DNA of 64,000 nt from Azolla caroliniana (GCA_043228905.1 JBHGNT010000130.1:7260-71259); one strand, 5' to 3'; shown: positions 23,452-36,430, counted from the stretch's first letter. A program made the numbers and translations. Notes: generated by a model not told the origin, from the letters alone.

Positions 23452-23763
23452 TGTAGGGGGTTTAACCCATGACCTCCTGGTCTTATTGGGCAACCATACC
23501 AGTTGAGCTACATCCATCTATGAATTATTGTATTGTATAAGATTCAACTTATTACATTGTAGGTTAATCACTAGAACTTTCAAGAAACTTCTAGAGAAAT
23601 CTTCTTCATGCACTCTTTAGAAGTTTCCATGCACTCTCTGGATGTTTCATAGCTTACATGCATATCTCCACATTCTTGTATAAATACTCGAGTGCATCAT
23701 CATTACAATCAAGGTGAACAACACCAGTTATAGAAGCTTAATTCCGTTCTCACCCTCTTGTCT

Positions 23764-23815
<52 letters not shown>

Positions 23816-26030
23816 CCATCGTTTTCTTTCTTTTTGTGCGTTTGTTTCTTTCCCTCCATGATTATCTACGTTCTATAGCTCGTTGGAAAGCTCTTTCAGA
23901 GAGCTTTCTAATGAATGTTTATTTGCTGAATTCCGTTGCCGGAATGAGGAGTTATGAGAATTTTCGTTCACAGCTCTCTTTGCCCCGCGGCTCCTCAAAC
24001 TCTAGGTAGATTTTGAAACCCTAAATCGATTGAAAGGTACATTCTACTTCTTCTATCATTTTATTAATAGTAAATATGCCAAGAGGAGTAAAAGCCAATG
24101 ATGATATGATTGAAAGCCCAAACAATCAAATGCATACATTGTCAATGGAAAAGATCGCAACTATGTATATCTCATTGCAAGAGACAATGATGCATATGCA
24201 AAGCAAATTGTATGCTCGTAAGGAGAGGGAATTAACTCTTCAACATACACTGGAAATGCAAAAGTTAGAGATGAAAGCTTTGTGTGAAGAACTACATGAA
24301 ATGAAGAACATGACTATTCAAATGCAAGATAATAGGATGCCTGAAATCGAAAGAAAAATGTTGTCAACTTGAGATAATCCATCCCTCTATCCTTATCATC
24401 CTGCAACATCATTTCAATGGCCTTCCTACTAAATGGAAGCCTTATCAGTCTTGGCCCACCTTCTCTTCTTATAGACTCTTCTAAGCCATAAGCATCCAAG
24501 ACCACATCCATCATTCCTGATCCTACAAAAATGATGGTAGTGCAAACCATCCAACCTCATCATTACCCTATGCTCACATATAAAGGTGAACATATAGAAT
24601 TTGTTAAAAGCTTTAAATATCTTAGCATTGATGTACCCGCCACAAATAAATGGAGTGCATGTTTTGATTCTAGACTCCAAGCCGGTTGGAAATCATATTA
24701 CCTTTTGGAAAACCAATGCAACCAAAGTGATACTTGTGGATGGGAAGTAAAATTAATGTTGTTCAATGTCATGGTAACTCAGGTATTGCTTTATGGAGTA
24801 GAAGTATGGGGTGGCACCATCTCTCTTAATGCATGGAACAAGATTGAGAAAATTCAAAAGATGTTTTTAAGGAGGCAATTAGAAGTTAAATGCACTACCT
24901 CTTACTAGGTTATGCTCTTGGAAAGGGGTGTTCGACCCATAGAACTATTGGCACTCCAAAGAGTATATAAATACATTACAAAAGTCAAGAATATGCCGAA
25001 TCATCGATTACCACATCTTTCTTGGAATGTTGAATGTAAGCTACAAAAGAATCATAAAAGTAATATTCTCTCATCTGGTTGGGTTGTTGACATAAAGAAA
25101 TGGTTTAGAAAATGGGGTGTGGATGATCTTTTAGAGCTTTCAAGCAATGCTATGCAATATGTAATGATTGAGAAAAGGTTGGTGGAATCATTAAGGATGA
25201 AGTGGGAGGATGCTAAGAGGACAAAGCTAGAATACTACATTGCAAATCTCAACCCTGAATGTTGGTCTCAATATAAAGCAAGAATGTCTATTGATCGTAT
25301 CCAACCTTATCTCATTACCAATATGCGTAGCAATGCTCGTAGAGCCCTTACACTACTTCGCGCTTGATCTCACAAGTTAGGTATTGAAGTTGCATCATGG
25401 TATCAAAATGTAACGAATTTGAAGACATGTAAAGTATGCAATGAAGGCATGGTAGTGGATGAATGTCACTTGCTCTTCACATGCTCGACATATAGTGCAA
25501 TTAGTTCAAGATATGTTGACATACTAAGAGGGAGTGATAACTTAAGATCCATACTTACGACACCACCTAGAAGGTTGAGCTCATATGTGTATGCTTTATT
25601 AACACATAGAGACTTTGTGCTTCAACATATAAATACCCCTTCTTAGGAAGGAGACATATATCAAGAACACATGTATATTCTGGTCCCATAGGTCAAAATT
25701 GGCCTCTTCATGGACGATAAAAATTCTAATTCTAATTCTAATTCTCTTGTCTATGCTCTCTCTCTCTCTCTCTCTCTCTTTCCATTTTTTAGTTCCTACA
25801 TGGTATCAGAGCGGTGAAGGAGTCCAACCCCACCAAGAATTTAGTCGTGGTGTTAATAATGAGCGTGTGAATTAAAGAAATGTGGTGGAAAATTCCGCCC
25901 AGGTATTGTCTCGCACTTATCACATGGAAAAATTGAATGATAAAAACTATCAACCATGGTGTATGACCATGGAAATTATATTAGAACAATATAACTTGTT
26001 AAATATCGTCGATGGAACGAAGGAGTTCAA
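23452..26030 (+). mobile_element. Ty1/copia 5' LTR (TGTAGG...CCTACA, about 360 bp once the LINE is removed), tRNA-iMet PBS and gag start
   Basis: LTR parts 23452-23765 and 25755-25800; PBS TGGTATCAGAGC at 25801-25812; copia gag N-terminus KLNDKNYQPWCMTMEIILEQYNLLNIVDGT. Confidence 0.85.
23766..25743 (+). mobile_element. Internally deleted LINE (RTE/RTEX-like) with (TTCTAA)n tail and 11-bp TSD
   Basis: TSD CTCTTGTCTAT at 23755-23765 and 25744-25754; coiled-coil ORF1-like start at 24076; ORF2 3' part (FKYLSI, LLYGVEVWG, CKVC..DECHLLFTC); microsatellite tail at about 25723-25745. Confidence 0.85.
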
Positions 26031-27031
26031 AGACAATAATATAATCTATCTATCTATCTCTTTCCATTTCTCAATTCCTACAATAAAGGAGTTGCTAGGT
26101 TACTTTTTCACTTTATTTTCATTTAATAGATTATATCTTATGTCATTGTGGATGTCAGCAAATTCTAGCTTTTCTAGTATTTCAAAGGAAAGAATCTTAA
26201 CTGCCGTATGTCTAAAGTGACTAATTGGTATTATGGAATACACCAAGAAAGGAGTGGCGGGTATCTCTTTATTTATAACTACATGAATTAATTGTTTCAA
26301 GACATAAGTTATGGTAGGTTTCCTACATTTAAAGGTTATCAATTGATAAAGAATGGAAAACAAGCAAAAGTCTTTGGTGGCAACTAATAGGACAATTCTG
26401 GGGAGAATCAAATTCCTATTTTCATGAGGTAAAGAATGACGATTTTGTGATAAGGATACGAAGAACATCCTCAAGTATTTCATAAATCCACCGTTGAACG
26501 AGCCAAAGAGAGAAATCATCAATAATTTCTATAGGAACTAAAGGAACCACCGCATGAGGTATTTGAAACCTCGAACATTTTGTAACCCAATAGATGGTAA
26601 TGAGACTTAGTTGATTGGAGCCCTAAAGTACCTAAGGATAGTGGGGACGCTACTGGCTAGTTAATTTCAAGCACAACTTTCACCATGAGAAAAAATGATG
26701 TATACACAACTATCATCGTGGGCTAAAAAAGGAACTAACACCGAGTCATTAGAAATAGGTAATATGCTGCATTTTAATAATTGTCCGTCAAAAAATGGCA
26801 CAAAATAGTTCGTAAAATAAAAAGGGGTGACGCATGCATAAAGTTTTTTTAAAAACGACGCAAAATATATTGATTTTTAGCATGTCCAAAATTTTAGGGC
26901 TTCCAAAAATTGCCTAAATAATTGACATGCGAAAGTTACAAAAGAATGTACAAATTTTACAAAATGACTACCACCCATATTTGTACATATTGGAGAATTA
27001 GCATCTTGATGGAAAATACAATATTTACAAA

Positions 27032-30000
27032 TCATGTATCAGAACTATCACTTCCCAAAGCTATGCCTTCCCCTTCAGACCCATCCGAGGAACTGGGAGA
27101 TCTTTGTGAGGTCTCATCCTCATCATCACTAGCAACTACTGTATTGTCTTCATCCAGTTGCAATCTAATGTCACCGTGATTATGAAACATACTCCTTGTT
27201 CGTCTGTGTCTTGCATTGAGAGACACATCTGGGATCTTCTCTTTTATTATCTTGATTGTGGTCTGTCTTAGATGGCCTATTTTGGTTAAGCGGAAGTCAT
27301 ACACTAGTATGTCTACATTATCAAGTGTCCGAGTAGACGTGTTCGGTAGATTTTTTCTTTTTCACTTTCTACTTGTGCCTTCGACATCCTTAACCATCTC
27401 TAAAGAGTACTTCCCAGTAAATGCATCTGGAGTAGTGGTATGTCTTCATCCAATTGCAATCTAATGTCTCCGTGATTATGATACATACTCCTTATTCGTC
27501 TGTGTGTTGCATCGAGAGACACATCTGGGATCTTCTCTTTTATTATCTTGATTGTAGTCTGTCTTAGATGGCCTGTTTTGGTCAAGGTGAAGTCATACAC
27601 TAGTATGTCTACATTATCAAGTGTTCGGTATATTTTTTTCTTTTCCGCTTTCTACTTGTGCTTTCTACTTGAACCATCTCTAAAGAGTACTTCCCAGTAA
27701 ATGCATCTGGGGAAGAGGTATGATACCAATGAACCACATTAGAGATAACTTTATTGCCTTGTTTGTCCTCAATAATTTCGGTGATTTTACAAATCCAAAA
27801 GGGATGGCCCAACTCATCACCCCTAGCTAATGTTGCAACCAACATACCAACTTGTAGCTCACGCAGATTGGGTTGCCATCTCGCCTTTGCAACACGCGAT
27901 ATTGTTGGTCCCATGTAAATATCTCTCTATCGTGGACGAACTAGATTATTCAGGTTAAGATTATCTAGTGATTGCACATTATTTGTAATCACCATTGATT
28001 GGTCACCAATATTCCATTTGAATTGATTTTGGAGTGACCAGTAACTGCCAAAATGGTTAACTAAAATTGTATGTTGATAGTTAAAGAAGTTACCCCACCA
28101 TTCAACATCCTGATCACCAGCATACCTTTTGGTGAGCTTAATATTTTTCTATTTCTCTTCAAGGCACCGCATCCAATGTACCTTTTTCTCTTCAATCGAA
28201 CTACTAGGAGGCAATATTTTATATCCCTCCAGAGACATTTGTTCTGCACCATGGATTACTGCATCTAGAAAACACAGTAAGAGCCTACATCCCTGTTGGG
28301 GCTCCCATTGTGAACTAGATGAGTATTGTTTGGCATACAACAATGTCTAGTTGTGGTTTATAGAAGTTCCTCTTTTTATGAGATAGACGTGGTTAAAACT
28401 TATATTATTAAGCGGGGCAAGAACCCTACATAGAGTCCCATCACCATCTACGGAGAAGCCTTTGAAAATCATAAACTTCATCCAGATGTTGTACCTTTGG
28501 GTTTGGGGTATAGGCTCCAATGATAAACTTTCATATTGTAGGAAGGTAAATGCATCAGAGCTCGCTAATGTCTTCGAGGACATACTAAACATTTGATCTA
28601 TATGATCATGTGTGTAACCAACTAGTAAGAAGTTGACCTTAATCGTTTTGAATATACCCCTGTCTAGTAGCATGCTTAAATAACCGAACACAATCCAATT
28701 TTTGTTTTCTCTTGCCATGTTGTCTAGTTGGACGTATAGTATTAGCGGGAGAATACATTGCCAAGACAGTAAACCTCTTTGCACGAATGTGACTGTAAGA
28801 TTAGGGTTTTTGTGGATATTAGGATAAGTCAGGAACACTTGAGGCCTTATTGTTTGACAATACGACATACAACCTACTCAGTGCATCTGCACTAGGCATT
28901 CATCTCTAATATCCTTCGGCAACCCTCGAAAGTGTGGAAAACAAGTTTTCTTCTGATCCATGCCATCTATAATTTGGGGCATCATGGATTACTGCATCTA
29001 GAAAACACAGTAAGAGCCTACATCCCTCTTGGGGCTCCCATTGTGAACTAGATGAGTATTGTTTGGCATACAACAATGTCTAGTTGTGGTTTATAGAAGT
29101 TCCTCTTTTTATGAGATAGACATGGTTAAAACTTATATTATTAAGCGGGGCAAGAACCCTACATAGAGTCCCATCACCATCTACGGAGAAGCCTTTGAAA
29201 ATCATAACTTCATGCAAATGTTGTACCTTTGGGTTTGGGGTATAGGCTCCAATGATAAACTTTCATATTGTAGGAAGCTAAATGCATCAAAGCTCGCTAA
29301 TGTCTTCGAGGACATACTAAACATTTGATCTATATGATCATGTGTGTAACGATATAGTAAGAAGTTGACCTTAATCGTTTTGAATATACCCCTGTCTAGT
29401 AGCATGTTTAAATAACCGAACACAATCCAATTTTTGTTTTCTCTTGCCGTGTTGTCTAGTTGGACGTATAGTATTGGCGGGAGAATACATTGCCAAGACA
29501 ATAAACCTCTTTGCATGAATGTGACTGTAAGATTAGGGTTTTTGTGGATATTAGGATAAGTCAGGAACACTTGAGGCCTTATTGTTTGACAATACGACAT
29601 ACAACCTACTCAGTGCATCTACACTAGGCATTCATCTCTAATATCCTTTGGCAACCCTCGAAAGTGTGGAAAACAAGTTTTCTTCAAATCCATGCCATCT
29701 ATAATCAAGAACATGTACCTTTTCGGTGATTGAAACGTTTTTTGTTAGTGTTGCATAGCTTTATATCTCTCCAACGCTTATCTTTCGCAATGTTCTTTTA
29801 ATAATTTCTTATAATTCTTTATTTCTTCATCTATTCTCCCACTCTTTGCCATGCTTTTTAAACTTGCACATACAGAACAAACGATTGGGACCTTACGCGG
29901 TATGACCACATTGTTAAACGACAACCTCCATAATCGATTAAAATGCGATATTGTATATAAGGTACACTTTCTAATAGCATGTCATTCTTATATGCTTGGT

Positions 30001-30367
30001 AAACCTCACGACAAGTGAAGTTATCTGACAAATGTAATCTTCCAGTTGTGGGCATAATATCACATTGCTTTGAGAAATATATCTCCATCCACCTACCGGC
30101 ATTGCACCCAATTAGACCCTTACATCCATATACTTTATTGTTGAAGGAGTCCTTGGATGTAGACAATAATCCTGATCGGCTTAGCCCAGTAGAATTTGGG
30201 CATGCTTTTCTCCTCAAGCATTTTCCTTGCCACATTGATAATCGACGAGTTCTTCCTCTTAGCCACACTGTTTTGTTCTGGTGTGTTCCTGCAACTAAAT
30301 TTTCTCCGAATTCCTTCCTTCTATAAATAACTGATGAATTGGCCGGAAAAGTATTCTTTTCCACCAT
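27032..30367 (-). pseudogene. DDD transposase pseudogene (Sola-like / DUF7869-type)
   Basis: Motifs CDIMPTTGRLHL, YMFLIIDGMD (about 29690-29720), LYVQLDNTARENKN, FLLVGYTHDHIDQMFS. Frameshifts and two internal tandem duplications (about 296 bp at 27145-27720, about 733 bp at 28250-29705). Confidence 0.82.
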
Positions 30368-30369
30368 CC

Positions 30370-30620
30370 AACTGCAGGCACTTGATCTTCCTATCTGTTT
30401 CCTGTTCGACTAAACTTTGCAAGTTTCGGAAACAATTGAAAACTCCGTTTTCTTCTCGATAAGGTAGATCCACATGTGTCGGGTGTAGTCGTCGATGAAG
30501 GAGACAAGATATCAGCTCCCACCAAGACTAACGTTTGGTGCCAATCCCCATACATCCGAGTGTATTAGATCGAGCTTGTTACGGCTTTGGTTTCCTTCGG
30601 TGGGGAATTGAAGCCGGTGT
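30370..30620 (-). mobile_element. Ty1/copia integrase fragment
   Basis: Minus-strand translation LDLIHSDVWG...SLGGS*YLVSFIDDYTRHMWIY. Confidence 0.85.
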
Positions 30621-30945
30621 TGCTTCCCAAGCTAGACACAGATAGAAAGTAGGAGAGACAAAGAGAGAAGAATAGCATAAACTATATTAAATACTCTATA
30701 CATAGGATGTTCTCATTGAGCACTCTTTATACAAGTCCACAAAGGACTTATAGAAGTACTATGTACTTCAATGCTCATACAAGCGGCTGGCAGTCATTAC
30801 GATGCCATACCTACCTAGTAATCTAGAAACGTAGACCTCTAAATGGACTACCGGTACACACATGGGTCTAGCTCTCTAATCCCGATCTAGCTCCTGGTTC
30901 CGGGTACTATCTGGACACCGATCCGGATATGATCCGGATTTGGCT
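30620..30945 (-). mobile_element. LTR fragment of the same family as 14155-14329
   Basis: Reverse-complement homology to 14155-14329; inserted into the copia fragment. Confidence 0.6.
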
Positions 30946-30969
30946 TATCTAGCCGATCCGGATCCGATT

Positions 30970-32053
30970 AAGCTTGCTTGCTCAATAAGGGTTTCATCAA
31001 AGTCGGTTTTCTCAGATATTTCTAGCACTTCCGGCCAAAAAAATGACTTTTCTCTAGGTGTCTCTCCCACACGCATTCCCGCAGTTGTCGCATAATTGCT
31101 TCTTTCCACCATCTCCTCCTCTAGAACCTTCTTCATGCCGCCTTTTCGGAAGTTCGGTCGAAGTGACTTCTGAGAGTCCATCAAATGGATCCAATTTCCC
31201 TCGTAGTAGATGAGATCCCGTCGTAGAGCCTCCTTGTGCTCATCGTAATGTTGCCAATCATGTTTGGTGTTATTGCACCATATGCATTTACGATCCATAT
31301 ATTTGCAACTTGAGGGATGGACTTCCAACTTCTTCACCATTGCGATTTTGAGATTCTCGATCTGCTTCAGCAACTGCTCCAGTGTGGTTGCATCAATTCC
31401 CTTCTCAATCGTATTCTCCCGAGCCCATGGTTGATGGTCTTCCAAGCCAGCTCTTCGTATCGAAATTGGTTCCGAAACCCTCTTTTCTTCATTAGTGAGC
31501 CCTTGCCCCCTCTTTGTGTATCGCGTGACGATTTTCGCACATTTTCACATGTATTGGTGAGGCCACAGCTTGTAAGAACATGATCACTTTGTCTGGTGCG
31601 AGGATAGTTTGATCTCTCGTAGACAACCTCCCGAATCGACTTTCAAATGTTGAAAACACATCGAGAACCTTTAGTCCCTTGTCCAGTGTTTCCACCCAAT
31701 CTTCGAATCCTCTTCGTGTTGCCTTGGAGGAGTCCTTGATAGTGAACGTAGTCTTTAATGCTTCTTCAAACGCCGCCGACATCGGATTTTTTTCTCGAGT
31801 GTGTATGCATGGATAACTTTCTCTATCATCCTTATCTAGAATATTTAAGTGGGATAAAGTTTTTTTTATATTTAATACTCATAATGTTAGTACAATGGTA
31901 AGGCTTGGATTTGTTAACATGGAGGTATAGGGTTCAAAACTTGCCCTATGCATATAACATAATTATATTAGTGGTTTCTCCTATTTCTTTATACTTAGTT
32001 AATCGGGTACTCTGTATATATTACATGTAGTATATACGAAATATACTACGACA
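30970..32053 (-). mobile_element. Truncated third member of the Trp-primed gypsy lineage (gag plus partial 5' LTR)
   Basis: gag is similar to 9067-11106 (EALRRDLIYYEGN, RPNFRKGGMKK); LTR ends CTACGACA at 32053. Copy 2 keeps the PBS (62308-62325) and the whole LTR (62330-63077). Confidence 0.88.
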
Positions 32054-32910
32054 ATGTAAAGTCCAACGTTTTCATTTGCCTATCAGTTCGATTCAAAGGC
32101 TGCCTGTCGATCCTATGACAGGGAGATGGTCATCAGAAATTAGAGAACCACATTTTGTGCACATGCAAAACCTTAAGAGTAAAATGAAGATTAATCTGCA
32201 CGCCACAGTAGTACCTTTCCTCGTCATGGTGGATCTTGACCAATGCCCCACCACTGTTGATTTTAAGTATCGTTCAGCTGATGACTATAGTTACTACGTT
32301 ATTGGAGGATCATATTCGGCTGAAGTTCGACGACAACTCATGAAACAATATCCTCTAACCCCATTCTTCAAATATGCATAATGCAAAGTCTATGCCAGTC
32401 TTACACATGAAGAGGCCAAGTTATTAGCTTGGAACCACAATAATGATAATAATTATAGAAAAAATAAGTATCACCACGAGTACCTCGATGTATTGCAAAG
32501 ATTTGGTCCTAGGCTACATCCAAATCTGCATCGACAATGTCTGCTGGAGGTGGGTATAGCGGTTGATGAAAGCACGAGGTTGGAAGGATTGAGGAAATAT
32601 GACTCGTGATTTGAACTAGCCTTTAGAATAGGGGAGGTTTGGATTTGCAAGACAAAATATTTAGCATGTCGGAGTGGAAAGAGGTGAAAGGACAACGGTC
32701 AAGGAAGGCCAAATTCGATCCATAGGTGGAAATGAAGTCAAAGTCACGTAAAAGTGATTCGATTATAGAGGAGCGCCCTGATGATATGAAGTTCCTCCCT
32801 TGGTGGTCTTTACAAGGCATTAATTACGCAAGGTTATTAATTTCTGTACTTTCACGAGTAGTCGCCAAGGAGTTTAGCTTGGATGAGATGGTTACTAAAT
32901 TTCAGAAGTA
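32054..32910 (+). pseudogene. N-terminal part of the transposon cargo gene: ParB/Srx-like domain plus helical region
   Basis: REPHFVHMQNLKSKM...VVPFLVMVD...YYVIGGSYSAEVRRQL...*CKVYASLTHEEAKLLAWNHN follows the ParB-N pattern (PIxV...YxIIxGxHR...EAxxLAxxEN). Stops and frameshifts present. Confidence 0.6.
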
Positions 32911-32994
32911 AGTATTATTCATAGGTTCTTCTTTGATTGGTTTCTTAGGAGGAAGTTGAATAGGCATACCCAATGACATCATCATATACTTTAC

Positions 32995-33249
32995 TTATAG
33001 AATATAATAATACATAGATGGAATGTAACTCAATTGGTAAGGTTACCCAATAAGACCAAGAGGTCATGGGTTCAACCCCCTACATCCCATCGTGTCTACT
33101 CACGATTGGCTTATGTGGGTATCGTTGATGAAAATCGTGAATGCCCTCCGAAGCATTTTGTAAATGTGTAACTGGTTCCCATGTGGCGTCCGAAATGGGG
33201 TACCCTTTCCATAAGACCAAATATTGGAGCTGTCGACGACGATATCGAC
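32995..33249 (-). mobile_element. Relic 3' end of a chromovirus (chromodomain plus LTR U3), same family as 33250-36430
   Basis: Similar to 33595-33840; interrupted by the younger same-family element. Confidence 0.75.
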
Positions 33250-36200
33250 TGTCACAGACGTAGATGAGGGCAAGGATAAGTAGGGGAGCTTAATATTAAG
33301 AAAGAGAGAAAGATAGATATATAGATAGAGAGGAGCATAGACAAGAGAACAAGAGAGAGAGAGAGGGTAGACAAAAGAACGAGAACTAAATTATACTTCT
33401 GTAACTGGTGTTGTTCACCTTGATTATAATCAAGGTGCACCGAAGTATTTATACAAGAATGTGGTGGTATGCATGTAAGCTATGAAACATCTAGAGAATG
33501 CATGGAAACTTCTAGAGAGTGCATGTCTATGCATTCTCTAGAAGTTTCTTGAAAGTTCTAGTGATTAACTTACAATGTAATAAGTTGAAACTTATACGAT
33601 ATAATAATGCATAGATGGAATGCAACTCAATTGGTAAGGTTGCCCAATAAGACCAAGCGTTCATGGGTTCAACCCCCTACATTCCATCATGTCTATGACA
33701 TTATCCTCCCTCTAAGGCCGCCTCCTGGGACTCACGGTTGGCTTATGTGGGTATCGTCGATGAAAATCACGAATGGCCTCCAAAATGGGGTACCTTTTCC
33801 ATAAGACCAAATATTGGAGCTGTCAACGATGATATCGAGAGTCGAGGATTTGGTCAACCTCATATTCTTCGCCCGTCGACAATTCCACAAGTGGCGGTGG
33901 AGGAGGGTGTCGTTTTGGAATTCGAGAAGGATGGTAGAGTTCGAGGAGGGAAATGTGAAAAACATCATGAATCCTGAAGGTTGGAGGAAATGCTAACCGG
34001 AAGGCAATTGGGTTGATCCGCTCGATGATACAAAAGGGGCCTAGTCTGTTGTAGTCCAATTTTGCACAAGGACGTGTGGTGGCGATGCGATGACGTAATA
34101 GCCAAACCATGTCCCCGATTGCAAATGTCAGTGGAGTTAAGCGATGTCGGTCCGCTTGATCGTTATAGTGGTCACCAGCAACATGGAGCTCCAAGGAGAG
34201 GTCACGATGGACATCGTGCAAAGCGTGGGCACGCGTCTCTGCCGAAGGATTGACCGAAGTTGCAGGTATGGAAATGTTGAAACGAGGGTGAAATGCATAG
34301 TTTGCAAAGAAGGGGGAAACCTTGGTCGAATCATGGATACTATTATTGTAAACAAATTGCGCCATTGTAAGGAAGTCCACCCAATCCTCCTGTTGGTAGC
34401 TCACGGTACACCGAAGGTATTGTTCAAGGATTTGGTTGACTTGCTCTGTTTGTTCATCAGTTTGAGGATGCTATGCTAAGGACAAGTTGACAAAAGTCCC
34501 AAATGTTTGTAGAAGTCGTCACCAACTGTGGGAAATGAATTGAGAACCTCGATCAGACGTGATATCCTCGGGTAAGTCGTATAATCGAACAACGTTTTTA
34601 AGAAAAAGATCAACAGTCTCTTCCCCGGAAATGGTTTTGGAACATGGAACAAAGTAAGCCATCTTCGAAAAGCGATCGACAATGACTAGCACCGTGTCAT
34701 GTCCACCAACCACAAGGAGGTCGGTGATAAAGTCCATGGATAGAGAGACCCATGGTCGACATGGAATGGGGAGCGGGTGGAGAAGACCATATGGCCGATG
34801 GTGAGGCGTTTTGGACCGAGCACATACATCACATGTCTTGATAAATTCCTTGACAAATTTCCAAGGTTGGGGCCACCAAAACCCTCGAGATATCAATTCC
34901 AAGGTTTTCGTAACCCCAAAGTGGTCGGCAAGAGGATCATCATGACAGTTTTGTAGAACCCATGTACGACATGATCCTTCGGGAACGTACAAGAGATGAT
35001 TACGATATAGTAACCCATCCTGGGTTGTAAATTGGTTGAGATATGAGCTTTTCATGTCCGAAGATGGGTCATTAATGCGGCCCATGATTTCTTTGGCGAA
35101 TGGGTCTGACACGGTTGCCGTGGCAATCTCGTTGAGCAAAGAATCATCATGTAACATGCAGGTGGTGAACATCTGAAGTTGATCGGGCCGCAACAAACAA
35201 TGGGATTGTTTTGAATATGCATCATCAACTAGGCGCAATGCAAAATCAAGTCGTCGAGAGAGGACATCAACTTTCCCATGTTGAACTCCGGGTCGAAACA
35301 AGATCTCAAAGTCGCAATCGGCGAGAAAAGATGACCATCAGGCTTGCCTCCAATTCAATGTATGACTGGTGGTGAAGTAAATTAGATTTTTATGGTCGGT
35401 CAGCACTTGGATGCGATGTTGGGCCCCAGCCAAATAGGGTCGCCATTCGGTCAAGGCAGATATGATTGTTGCCAACTCCTTGTTGTAGACTGGATAATTG
35501 ATTTCCGGGGTGGTAAACTTCCAAGAGTAGAAGGCCACAGGACGTAGTGTGCCCTCGTCGTTTGGTTGGGATAGGAAGTTCCAATGGCAAAGTCAGAGGC
35601 ATCAGTTTTGACTTGGAAGGGCCTTGTGGGGTCAGGGTGAACCAACCTTGAGGGCATCAAAAGCACGTTGCACCGCAGAGGTCCAACGAAATGGAGTATG
35701 TTTTCTTGTAAGGATGATTAGAGGTTGTCCTAAAGATGAAAAACGATTGATAAATCGTCGATAGAAATTTGCAAAACCAAGAAATGATTGTACCTCTTTC
35801 AACTGAGTAGGGACAGGCCAATCGGTGATTGCCACTACCTTGCGTGCATCCATTGTGATCCCGGAGGGTGAAATCATGTAGCCGAGGAATTCGACAGAGG
35901 TCCGATCGAATTCACATTTCTCACTTTTGGCGTAAAGTCCATGTTCCCGAAGTTTGGATAGGACCAATCAAACGTGTTGGGTGTGCTCCTCAATGTTGGA
36001 AGACAAAACTAAAATGTCGTCAAGGTAGATCACCACGAAGTGATCGAGATACTCCCAAAATATATTGTTCATCATGTGCTGAAAGACCGTAGGGGCATTG
36101 GTGAGACCAAAAGGCATCACCTTGTACTCGAAATGTCCATAGCATGTTCAAAAGGCCGTTTTCCACTCGTCTCCTGGCTTACGATTACGTAGTGTAATTT

Positions 36201-36430
36201 TGTTGAGACCCCGATAATCCACACATAGGCGTAATGAGCCTTCCTTCTTGAACAATAAGATTGGGGCTCCATCTGGTGATTTGAAGGGTTGAATGAAGCC
36301 CTTGGCGAGGTTTTCATCCAGATATGTGCGAAGGGCCTCAAGTTTGGGTTTAGATAGCCCATAGATGGGCCCAAATGGTGGGTGTGCGCCATCTTGGAGT
36401 TCGATTGGGCAATCATAGGGGCGATGTGAT
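33250..36430 (-). mobile_element. Tcn1-like chromovirus 3' half (RT, RNase H, integrase, chromodomain, PPT, 3' LTR 33250-33700)
   Basis: LTR TGTCAC...ATGACA; PPT TTAGAGGGAGGATAA at 33701-33715; integrase HDDP..HFG..C..C, SMDFITDL, SDRGSQF; chromodomain EEYEVDQILDSRY. Confidence 0.92.

Noticed and set aside
26100-26522. 140-aa minus-strand ORF
   Set aside because: No recognisable motif; probably TE debris.
33017-33091. A functional tRNA gene
   Set aside because: D- and anticodon arms pair poorly and the sequence is part of an LTR; reported only as tRNA-like.
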